A DNA stretch of 64,000 nt from Geosiphon pyriformis uo1. Its lineage: Eukaryota > Fungi > Glomeromycota. The notes under the pieces were generated by a model, which saw only the letters and a program-made list of their open reading frames with translations, ran no database searches and was not told the DNA's origin. Below, one piece after another: positions 52,703 to 64,000 of the stretch (its first letter is position 1; every line of letters begins with the position of its first letter). The translations under genes and the position numbers were made by a program. The stretch lies in the NCBI GenBank assembly GCA_016748015.1, contig JAAOMT010000586.1, forward strand, positions 434,001-498,000. Reading direction: 5' to 3'.

Positions 52703-55700
52703 ATGGTTTGTCACAAATAAGACAAATCTAAGAACATTTTAACCTAAAAATATAACAAAACCAAACCAAATCCAACGAAAATATAACAAAAGATAAACAC
52801 ACAAAAATACCAACAATTCAAACATTATATAGATACTCAACAGTTCAAGGAGAAATTATCTCAATCAGAACAAAATAGTATTAAACAACAATCGAAATAC
52901 TTTATCACTTACCAAAACATACTTTATTGGAAAAATAGACAAAATCCAGATCAACCAACTAGAGTAGTTACAGAACCAGAGAAAAAAACAATACTGTTCA
53001 ACATGCACTCAAATCTAACAGCAGAACATTTCCACAAAGAAGCAACTATAAAAAGAACCAGAAAAAGATACTATTGGCCATCAATGTATCCAGACATTAT
53101 CTAATATGTCCAAAATTGTGATTCTTGTCAAAGAAAAGAAAGAACAAAACCCAGTAAACCACTGAGACCAATCAAAGTGAGACAACCATTCAATCACATT
53201 GGAATTGACTCAGTCAGACCATTAACAATTACCAGCAGAGGAAATAAATATATTGCAGTAGCCATAGACTATCTCACTAAATGGCCAGAAGCAAAAGCAA
53301 TTCAAAGAGCGGATGCAGAATCCATTGCCAAATTCGTTTATCAAGATCTGATTTGTCAACATGGATGTCCAAAAGAATTATTATCAGACCAAAGAACTCA
53401 CTTTGTGAACAGAACACTAGCAGAATTGAGCCAAAGATTCGGAATTAAAAAACCACTATCATCACCATATCATTTATAAACAAATGGTTTAGTTGAAAGA
53501 TTTATTAGAACATTGTGTAAAGCAATTGCCAAACTCAGCCAAGAAAACCAGGACGAATGGGATTTGTTTATACCATTAGTACTATTTGCTTATCAGACAA
53601 TAAAGCAAGACACTACACAAGCAACACCATTTAAATTAGTATATGGTAGAACAGCAACATTACCAGTTAAGATAGAAGTCAACACTTATCTAACAGAACC
53701 AATAACAGAAGAAAATTTCCAAGAGACATTGTTAAGAAAAACATATAACTTAATAGAAATATTTGAAAACAAACAAAGAAGAGCAGCTGATAACATACAA
53801 AAGTCACAAGAGAAACAGAGAAAAAGACATGATAATCAACTACCAAACAAACCAGTTGAATTCAAGATTAAAGACAAAGTACTTCTACATCATACTAAAG
53901 TGGAAAAACAATGGAGTGGAAAATTTGACCCCAAATAGGACAGACCATTCCACATTGAAGAAATTCTTGGAAATAGAGCTTATAAATTAAGATTGAACAA
54001 CAAAATTTTGACCAAAGCAGTACATGGTGATCAACTGAAACCATATCACCAAATAGCATCATCATCCACCAATAACATTCCACAATTAGGAGTATAATGA
54101 ATACTAGTTCAACCAGACAAGATTCCATGAGATCTGGAACCAATCATAATTATTGGACCAAACACATAAAATCAAACAATAAAAGAGTATATAAAGACAC
54201 AGTATATGTAACAAAGGCAACCAAGAAAAATAGAAATACCAGATCATATTCACATAATAGCTCAACAATTGTTTCAGGCTTTAAGTTAACAACAGTTAGA
54301 TATGGAAATTATCATTAATAACCAAACAATTTGCTATCAAAACACTAAAAAAAAGACAAAAAATACACCATATCAGTGTTTACCAAAGCATGATAAAAAC
54401 TGGTCAGATAACATAATTGAAAAAATAAAGAACACTTTTGGAAAATTACCTATTATGGCACCAACAGAAGAATTTACAAAAGAGAATTGGAAGCAATAGA
54501 CAGAACAACTTCTAATATCATATTGTTACTACCAATTAGGTCAAAAGTTGAATATTCAGAAATTGTATATTGACAAATTCAAGAAAGTATTTAACCAAAA
54601 CATAATACAGCAAATTGAAGAATTCATTGGAAAAAAGATGAACTCAACACTATATGTGAGAACAATTTATTGACTACACAACATATTTCAGAACTATCTA
54701 GAAATACTGTTACACTCCGACATAGAAACCATATCCATTAACCAATGAGGAAGAATGAACAATACACAAGTAAAAGATGTGAAAAACAGAGTCGAACAAA
54801 CAATACTTGAAAAAGAAATATTAAAATTAATTCAAAACAAAGATTTTAATGGAGCTCAATATTAAAGAAGGAGATAATGTTACTCATAAAAAGAAAATAG
54901 CTATGGAAAATAGCAGACCAATAAAAAAATAGTATTTAGCATGTGAGCACATTGCTCAGCAATGTGGAGCAATGTTAGAAAAGTAGAGCACATTGCTCAG
55001 CAATATAAGCATTACTCAAGAAATCATAGCACATTGCTCGGAAATGTGAGCAATCTTGTAGAACATCAATTATGTATATATAGTGGTAGCATTAGAAGAG
55101 AAAAGCAGAATCTTTTAGTTAAAAATCTTCAATTCAAAAATATTGAATAAATAAATTATTTACCTTCCAAATCCACTTTTTACTATCAACACTTCATGTT
55201 GATAGCAATTGATACTTAACCACACTGGAACAATAGCTCTTGATCACAGCTATTAACGAATACTAACTTGCATATTGCCTTGGCTTATTTTTTTTATTTC
55301 TTGTCTTAATTGTTGTTATTACTAACTTTATTGAGAATTAATGCACGGGATACTGACATCAGGATATAGCACTGGTAAAAGACCCAGAAATAAGGGTAGA
55401 ACACTTGATTGAAGATAGCTTACCAGGAAGAATACTGGCCATCAAGCTGAGAAAAAAATTGATAAAACTGCAGTTTCGGAAAGCTACAGATAAAACTATT
55501 ACCACTGAATCTCTGTCTATTATACAAAAAACTCAACCAAAGCCTTCAGATAAACACACCTTCAAATATTACTAACAACATTATATCAATTGAGCACCAA
55601 GTTATAGGTTTGTTATTTGTCTTGAGACCCTAAGTAATCATCTGTAACAACGTGACTGGAGTTTTTAACTATAGTGGTCTGTTCAAAATATTAATTTCAA

Positions 55701-55828
55701 ATCTTGCATTTGTATTATGTGTATGTTCAGGCATAATGCCCTTATTATTATCACTGAATTTAGTTAATTCCTGCTTCATTGTAAGATCTAGAAACATGAT
55801 ATATTGTTCAGTGTTTAAAGTGGAGTTT

Positions 55829-55995
55829 GAATTTGTTGTTGGCAGAGTTTAAATCATTGTTGTTATTAGTGGAGTTTGAATTGTTGTTGTCATCAGTGGA
55901 GTTTGAATTGTTGTTGTCATCAGTAAAGTTTGAATCATTATTGTTATTAGTAGAGTTTGAATCATTGCTGTCATTAGTGGAGTTTGAATCAGGAT
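55829..55995 (-). repeat. 27-bp tandem repeat (about 6 units, DSNSTNNNN-like) inside A1
   Basis: GGAGTTTGAATTGTTGTTGTCATCAGT period; an expansion of the NPDSNSDNDNN linker seen in C at about 49350. Confidence 0.8.
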
Positions 55996-56264
55996 TAAGT
56001 TCTGATTCTGATTTTGATTTGTTCTTGCTAATTGGCTCTTCTTTGAATATATGACACATGGAAGTAGATTGTGACTACGTTCCAATATTCTGACTCAGAG
56101 CTGTTAAGTGAGTTTTGCTGATTTATTGGTACTGTGCAAATTAGGTTTAATTGGGTTATTAGAGGTAAGTTTCCTTGTATGATCGCAGGATTTGGAATTT
56201 ATTGGACTTCAAATGTTCAGGTTTTTGAATAATTCCCAGAGTTTGAATTGCTAAAGGTTTAATA

Positions 56265-56690
56265 AGTTTTAACAAGTTTATCAAAGGTAAGTTTCGAATG
56301 TTTGGGGTTTTAATGATCAGGTTTTGAATAAACAAAGTTTTAATTTAACAAGTTTTTAATGAATTTATCAACAGTAAGTTTTGAATGTTCAGGATTTTAA
56401 TAATTGGGTTTTGAATAAATGGAGTTTTAACAAATTTATTAATAGTATGTTTCAAATATTCAGGGTTTTAACAATCAGGTCTTGAATAATCAGAGTTTAA
56501 TTTAACGAGTTTTTAATAAATTTATCAATGGTAAGTTTTGAATATTTGGGGTTTTAATGATCGGGTTTTGAATAATCAGAGTTCTTAATTTAATGAGGTT
56601 TAACGAATTTATTAACAGTAATTTTTGAATGTTCAGGATTTTAAAAATCAGGTTTTGAATAATCGGAGTTTTAATTTAACAAGTTTTTCA
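56265..56690 (-). repeat. 70-87 bp tandem repeat (about 5 units) inside A1
   Basis: Recurring TTAAC.AATTTATCAA..GTAAGTTTTGAATGTTCAGG.TTTTAAT.ATCAGGTTTTGAATAA. Confidence 0.75.
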
Positions 56691-57810
56691 AAGGTAATGA
56701 TGAAATAAGGATTTCGCAAATCCTAAGTAATTTTCCCTTGTTTTTTCTTGGTCTGCCATTTTCCTGCATGGTTGTTGTTGGTACTGGTTCTCTGTTGGAT
56801 TATACCTAACAGGGAGCACCAAATGTTACAAGTAATTATTTGGGGTTTTAAAACAAATAACAAACCCATAACTTGGTGCTCAATTAATATAATTTTGTTA
56901 GTAATATTTGAAGGTATTGTTTTATCTGAAGGTTTTGTTGTGGAGTTTTTTGTATAATGGACAGAGATTCACTATAGTTGGTTTTGGTTGATTTCCCAAG
57001 TCGTTTTCCTAATTTTTGTCTTCAGTGTGATGGCTGGTTTAATCTGGCAGTCATGCCTTTCTGGTAAGCTATTTATTAATATATATAATTCTACTCTTAT
57101 TTCTGGGTCTTTTACCAGGCTATCCTTGACATCAATTACTCAGTGTTTAATCTCTTTAATCAGTAGTAAGTTAACAAACAAAAGAAAATAAAATAAAAGA
57201 AAAAAAAATAAAAAGAAAATAAGAAATTAGAAATAAGCCAAAGCAATTCAAGTTAGTATCTTGTCAATAGCCATAATCAAGAGCTATTGTTCCAGTGTGG
57301 TTAAGTGTTGGATTTTATCAACATAAAGTGTTAATAAATAGAAAAGTGATTATATTTTCAAACAAATGACAATAACATGAATTTAAAAAATTGGAAAGAT
57401 CTTTTATTTATATAATTTTATTTCGGTTGATAGCAACTATCCTTGAAATGAGGGTTAATAAATAGAAAAAAAAGAGGATTGTTCTAAATTAATAAAACTC
57501 TATTGAATTCTCCAGTAATTATTTTTTCTGTTTTTAATACTCTTGCTATATATATATAATTTATGTTATATAAGATTCTGCATATTTGTGAGCAATGTGC
57601 CATAATTTCTCAAGCAATGCATACATTGCTAAACAATGTGCCTGTAATTTTTGATAATATGTTTATTGCTGAACAATGTGCCATGATTCTCTGACAATGC
57701 TTTACATTGCTGAGCAATGTGCTCACATGTTAAATACTATTCTCTTATTGGTCTATTTTTTCTATCTGTTTTTCTTACTATTTTCTTGTATTCTTTTTCT
57801 ATGAGTAATA

Positions 57811-57954
57811 TTGTCAACCTTAAGCTTTACCTTCTCAGGTTCTATCATCATTACATCATTTACCACTAGATGATCCAAGATCACTTTGCGAAATGGACAT
57901 TCCAAAACACTCTTAATCATCTGACCCTTGTCAGAACAGAAGTTTTTCATATGC
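57811..57954 (-). mobile_element. LINE ORF2 middle fragment (144 bp) between LTR insertions A1 and E
   Basis: MKNFCSDKGQMIKSVLECPFRKVILDHLVVND...EKVKLKVD. It joins ...IRKTINW upstream (58902) and EIIEG*TRR downstream (23325) once the TSDs are removed. Confidence 0.85.
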
Positions 57955-58901
57955 TGTTACAGATGATTATTTGGGGTCACAAAGCAAATAAAAAATCCGT
58001 AACTTGGTACTTGATTGGTATTCTGGTGTTGATAATCTAAAGGTTTTGGTTGATCTAAAGGTTTTGTTGTAGAGTTTTTTATATAATGGACAGAGATTCA
58101 CTATGGTTGGTTTAGATTGTTTTCTCAAGTTGTTTTCCCAATTTCTGTCTTCAGTGTGGTGGCCAGTTTAATCTGGCAGTTGTGCCTTTCTAATAAGCTA
58201 TCCATTAATATATATATAATTCTACTCTTATTTCTGGGTCTTTTACCAGGCTATCCATGACATTAATAACTCAGCACTTTAATCAATTAGTAAATCTGAA
58301 AGAAATAACCAAAAAAAAAAAAATAATAAAAAAATAAAAGAAAATGAATGAACAAGTAAAAGCAATTGCAAGTTAGTATCCTGTCAATAGCCATGATCAA
58401 GAGCTATTGTTCTAGTGTAGTTAAGTATCAATTACTATCAACATGAAGTGTTGATAGCGAAAAATAGATTGAGATAATGAATAATTATTTATTGATATTT
58501 GCGAATAGAAGGTGTTTTTAAATCAAATCTAAACTGGGAGGTTTCTAACTAAGGATTCTGTTTTTGTAATTTTAATAATTATGATTTGTGAGTCTAATTG
58601 ATTCTATGAGTCTAATTGACTCCGTGAATCAATTGACTCTGAGTTTTATTGACTAATTTTCTAACTTCTGATACTACTGCTATATATATATATTTGAAAT
58701 TCCTCAATTTCTTAATTCTTCATGTCAAGAATCCTGGAATTCCTGGAATTCTGCAATTCTTTTAAGAAGAATTCTGGAATTCTGGAATCTTGCAATTCCT
58801 CTTATAAGAATCCTGTAATTCTTGGAATTCCACATTTACTACATTTATCTATGATTGGCTAATTTATATGCTAATATACTTCCTATATTTTATGAGTAAC
58901 A
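57955..58901 (-). mobile_element. Solo LTR E in LINE ORF2
   Basis: TGTTACA...AGTAACA, flanked by ATGC/ACAC. U3 resembles D and U5 resembles A1. Confidence 0.9.
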
Positions 58902-61900
58902 ACACCAGTTAATAGTCTTTCTAATTTTAGCATCTTCAGCCAATTTAGACTCAAAATACTTAAACTTCTGATATTTTCTCTTTACCACCAATAAATGCTT
59001 GACTAAATTACTCAAACCAACACTATCTAAAACCATGCCAACAATCTTAGATGCCTCAATGCCATCAATAGACATCCAAACCTTAACAAAGTAATCAAAA
59101 TTCAGAAGATTACCAGAGTTCCAGCATCTCACAATTTTAACAATAAGCAGTTTCAGCTTATGAAATTTTGACAATTGCTTGTTTTTTGAACAATTATATA
59201 CACTATACCAGCTTTTAGAGAACATCTTAGTTGCAGTTTGCACTATGGCACCCTCTAACAGACTCCACATCAAATTCAAGTCACTAACATTCTGTGCGAC
59301 CTCAAATTTGTCTAAACTGGCCAACAATGTAGCAGAAAAACCCTCCTTAAAATGTAACCACTGAACCTCATTAGCATTCTCTAACTTGAACTTCTATTGA
59401 TTACAGTTGGTCTGCTTATAAACACTGATAAGATGAGTATCCAGAAGCCCACCCAAACCAATTGAGACTGAAACTGACTTATGATTTGTATCAAAAAATC
59501 CAAACATCTCATTGACTGTATGCAACACAACTGCAGATGCCAGGTTCTTACTTATAAAAATAAAATTTATAATTCTCTCAACACTCTTAAAATTGTTCCA
59601 AGTAAGAGTATTGGCTAATGCATGTTCATTGAAAGTATTGACTAGACTCAAATCCAACCAGAACCTAAAACTAACACTCCTCTTAGATTCATTCTCATTA
59701 AAATCACCACTCAGAATCACAAAAAAGCTGGAATTGACTGCTTTAGAAACCATAGAATTAATATCAGCAGCTTGGCCAAAATGCATACTGGTAGATACAC
59801 CAGCATAAAAACCCAAGATTGTAACCAAAAGTTTGTTCTTAAACAAAAGGTGCATAAAAATTAAATGGCCAGAAATCTTTTCCACTTTTGACACATGTTG
59901 AGCCAAAGAATTGTCTATAATTACAGTAACTTCAGCACCACAAAAACCAACATCCAAACCAGTTGTGAAAACTCAGATGTTTGCAAACTTATTCATAATT
60001 CAAGGCCTAATATTAGACCTCAATTTTGTCTCAGTAATAATAGAAACCACATTATCCGAATTCTTATGCCACCAAACAATATAATCCTGTTTAACCAAAT
60101 TTGTCATGTCCCTAACATTACATATGACCACTCTTCAAACTAGCTTAATTATTGATGTGAACAATATACCAAGGAGCCTGTATTTACACACAACAGATTT
60201 AACTTTCTCAAAATTGAGCTAATAGAAACTTCAAGAGCTACTATCTTTGATTCCAAACCACCAACTTTAAAAGTAAGAACTTTTGAACTACTCAAACTCA
60301 AATTCACAGTGCTGTATACAACATCAGAAGATGGAAAAGGAAATAAAGACAGTAAAATATCCAGAACCATATCAGCATCTGACATCAACACCACAGAAGC
60401 AGAAACAACTGGAGATCCAACTTTGGAGACAGACACCAGAGGCACTAGCTCTATACCATCCAACCTGCACAATATATCTGACACTTGATCAGCTAGCAGT
60501 TCCAAGGAGTGTTCCAGTAAAGCCAGATGGTCATTAATTGAAGAATCATCATTACCAACCAGTATGTACCTTTTACCATGCAAAGTCCCACCAGGAGAAA
60601 AACCAGACTTAAAACTAAAATTGGAATGAGAACCACCTAAAAAAAAAAAATCAAGCAAAACCACCTGTGCCCAAGACTTGCCACCAAAGGCAGCAGGGCA
60701 GAAAATAGGAACATACTTTTTTGCATACAGTTTAGCCAGCTGAAAATGATGCACTTCAAAAGCAACTCTTTTAATGAACTTTTGATGCATAGTATTGGGT
60801 GTAGTTGCTATATCACATTTCAAAGTAGAATGACCAAAATGCTCACAATTCTCACAGTGAACCAAATCCAATCTAGTCCAAGAGAGTTTAATACCATTAA
60901 ATATTGGCTCAGTACAATATGCAAACTTTAATGCCTTATCAGAATTGAAACAAACAACAGCACAACAGATTTTATTGCCAGTTTCCAATAAACAATTAAT
61001 GAAGCAGATTTTCTCACCAGCCTTCTCCAGAAGATGCCCAAGATTATGTGCTATTGTTCCCACAAGCAGAGTAAACAAAAATGCTCTAAACTGATTCCTA
61101 GATACCCAAATCTCATAATCACCTACTGTTTTGGCTACACACACAGAATTTTTACCAATCAGAAATGACCACTTTAAGGCCAACAAATCAGCTTGGTCCA
61201 ATTCAGCAAACTCTACCACAGTTTTTTGCCATATTCCAATTAATTGAATCTTGATTGACTTAATTTTTCCAAATTCAAATACTGTGGTGACAATCATGTC
61301 TTTAGGTGTATTCATGGAAATTTCTCTGATTATCACAGCCTAATCTGACCTCATTCCTTGTCTCTTAAGATTACTGTTTACATCAATCTCTTTTTCTTTA
61401 ACCAATAATACGGCCATTTCTATGCTCTTTTCTGAAGTGAAGATAAATCTGATGATCTCCTTAAATTTTGAGGAGGTAGTGGCCCCCCCAAAACCATTGA
61501 CTGAAGAAAAAATTTTCCTGATGAATTGAGTCTTTGCTATCATTGACTTCTCATCTACAGTACTAAGATTGATATCAAGAGCAAAGAATTTCTTGGTAGA
61601 CACTTCAATCTGAGTTTTAATAATTTTTGGGTCTATCTATTTTTTTTCTAAGAAAATAGGGAGGCAAAGGAGAAGAATAACTTTTTTATCATCATCCATA
61701 ACAAAATTAGGAGAACTGAGAGGAAAACCAAAAATAGCACTAATATCAATATGCTTAGCTTTGGGAGTATTGGCAGCTGAATTCAGAAGAGACCCAACAT
61801 TAATATCAGTTATGTCAACACCTTTTTTATCACCAGACAAACTATCTACATTAAAGAACACATTATCACTAAGCTCAGACTTGCTGAGAGAGATATCTTT

Positions 61901-62151
61901 TTCATTACCTGAATGTTTAACGTTTCCAAGCACGACTTTCTTTTTTTATGAAAAAAACCACCTGCAAGGCCATGAAAAGCACCTTTTGGTGCTTTCTTTT
62001 TAGACATGATGCCACTAAAAACAACTTTCAGATTCACAAAGAAGAAGTTATTGGAAAGAGAAATTGTAAAATACTAAAAAAAATAAAAAATAAAAACTTC
62101 TTTTTTAGAAAAATGCTTTTTGAAGATTTGTGGAAGTAAGAAAGAAAGAAG
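58902..62151 (-). mobile_element. LINE 5' part: 5'UTR, ORF1 (RRM-like + CCHC + coiled coil) and ORF2 AP-endonuclease
   Basis: ORF1 fragments 62037-60149 with CENCEHFGHSTLKC. ORF2 from about 60152: CNVR, ILSGDFNE, TW, IINFIF, DTNHKSV. The reconstructed LINE is about 6.8 kb. The 5' boundary is approximate. Confidence 0.85.
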
Positions 62152-62159
62152 TTTTTTTT

Positions 62160-64000
62160 GCAATCTTTTTTTTGTTTTATATAAAGAGTTAAAAAGTATA
62201 ATTAAAATTATTTAAAATAAAATTTTTGTTTTTAGTAAAGCTTTAAATTAAGTAAACAAAAGCAATTAAATTTAAGATTAAATATAAATTTAATAATAAT
62301 AATATAAATATTTTTGATAATATTTTTAATTTAAATATATTTAATTAGTTAATATCTTATTAAAAATATTAATTATTTAGTATTAAGTCAAATACAAATA
62401 AATTTATTAAATAAATAAGTAAAATAATTATAAATAATAGTATTTTGGTTGCTTTTATATATGTTTAATTACATATAAAAAACATATAAATTATATTTAA
62501 TTTGGATTATTTAATTTAATATATTATATTAAATAGCAATTAAATTTGTATATTAAATAAAAAATTTAAAAGTTTTTTACCAAATATATATTTTATATCA
62601 AGTATTAATTTAATAATTTTTTTATTTAAATATAAATTATTAATAATAATAAATAAGTTTAAAAAAATAAAAATAAAACAAGCTTTATTATTAATTTAAA
62701 AAACCAAATTACTGAATTTAAAAACTATATAATTAAAAAAAAATTAATTGATTTGTTTTAAAAAACAAAAATTTTTTATTATTAAATTAAATTAATACAT
62801 AAATATAATATTAATAAATTTGAAAAAAAATTAAAACATATAATAATATATTATTATAAATTAGTAAGCTTTAATTTAATATTAAAAATTTTACCAAAAT
62901 ACTAAAAATATTATATAAATCTATAATAATAAAAACAAAATTAAAACTAAATATTATAAAAAATTTTACAATTTTTAAAATAATAAAAAAAAAATCAATA
63001 AATATAATTAAATAATAATATTTAAAAAAACTTAATATTATTTTTAATAATTAATTTTAAATTAATAAAATTAAATAAAATTAAATAAAATCAAAAAAAC
63101 AATCTTAATATAAATTAAATTAATTTTTATGGTTTTTATTAAATTTTAAAATAAAAAATATTTATTTAAAATATTTTTAATAACTTATAATTATTTTTAA
63201 ATATTAAAATTAATAATATTTTAAAGTCTGCTAACTTAGAACAATATGTTATTAATAATTTAAAGAACTTTTTTTCTGTTGTTGCTGCTTTTAATAACTA
63301 GTTTATATTGATAAAAAAGAACAATATTCAGATTTTTTCTCTTTTTAATAAAAAAAAATTCATTATTTTTCAAGATTCTTTCAAAATTAAATTGATTAAT
63401 CTTCTTTTTAATTGTACTGTTTTTGAAATTAATAATATGATTTTTTAGATTAGTAATCATATTTGCTTTATTCCTTATTTTTCTAATTTGTATTATTATT
63501 AATACTTTATTATTGTTATTTTCAAGTTTTATAAAATATTAGAGCTTATTATTGTAAAAACTAATACTTTATACAAGTATTATATCTGATAAAAACTTTT
63601 AAGTATTGTTGCTATTACAAATATCAAAGTTTAAATTATTTGTCTGCTAATTATAAGATGTTTTTATTTTTTTTTAAGTTATTTTTTAAGTTTATTGTTA
63701 ATTTTAGGTCTTTTGTGTTTTTTTTTGCTGTTAACAAATTTTATACTAAGACTTCTGCTTTTTTGGCTCTTTTTTCTGTTGTTTTTCAGGTTGTTTTTGT
63801 TGTTAATTTTTTTGTTAAGTCCAGAATAAATTTTTTAAAAACTCAAAATTTTAATTTAACTGTTCTATTAAAATTTGTTGTTAAATTTTTTGTTTTTTTG
63901 TTTTTTTTGGTTATTAGTCTTTTGAATAAACATATTAATAAGGCTTTTTAAATAGAAAAAAATCTGTTTATTATAAAATATACTGCTAATAATTTTGTTA
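62160..64000. other. Extremely AT-rich decayed tract
   Basis: About 88-90% AT by eye. The only ORFs are low-complexity F/K/N artefacts. Confidence 0.6.

Larger units (their letters stand above)
33732..55649 (+). mobile_element. Element C: Ty3/Gypsy retrotransposon with dUTPase (second family), inserted in the A1 internal region; hosts D, B2 and F
   Basis: 5'LTR 33732-34596, PBS TTTGGTGTTCCCT, gag 34597-34784 continuing at 45679. CCHC CHNCSKQGHLRANC, PR LILDSGS, dUTPase, RT, RH, IN 52793-54090, ORF3, PPT AAAGAAGGAGATAA, 3'LTR 54878-55649. TSD ATGT/ACGT. Confidence 0.9.
23326..57810 (-). mobile_element. Element A1: non-autonomous Ty3/Gypsy LTR element, outermost insertion in the LINE; hosts B1 and C
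   Basis: 5'LTR 57810-56824, then PBS TTTGGTGCTCCCT. Internal part 56823-55654 plus 33731-33623, with PPT AAAAGAGAGAATAA. 3'LTR 33622-33355 plus 24048-23326. TSD TCAT/TTGT. Confidence 0.85.

Noticed and set aside
63260-63951. F/K/N-rich ORFs
   Set aside because: Compositional artefacts of about 90% AT DNA.

Overview
This is a eukaryotic (fungal) window, most consistent with Glomeromycotina and perhaps Geosiphon/Ambispora-like (inference from gene content, intron style and TE types). Bases 1-18.5 kb are a compact, CpG-retaining block of intron-rich genes: a PWWP protein, MTF1-like, a 165-aa unknown, RAM2, TEM1, MRT4, a possible CCDC32-like gene, VPS71, an AcpS-type PPTase and a synaptobrevin. 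Bases 19.9-62.2 kb are one full-length minus-strand LINE (ORF1; APE-RT-RNase H; polyA), split by a multi-level nest of seven Ty3/Gypsy insertions: three near-complete decayed elements (B1, B2, C), one non-autonomous element (A1) and three solo LTRs (D, E, F). Junction reconstruction shows that all seven insertions have a 4-bp target-site duplication centred on CpG or its deamination product (TG/CA). The elements also have an unusual layout: an AUG-poor Gag N-terminal extension, then Gag-PR-Cys-rich-dUTPase-RT-RNase H, a stop at the same position in two families, a separately initiated integrase ORF, and a conserved non-env ORF3. The best candidate for an undescribed system is this CpG-targeting, split-integrase retrotransposon lineage. 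All coordinates were read by eye, and no searches or alignments were run.
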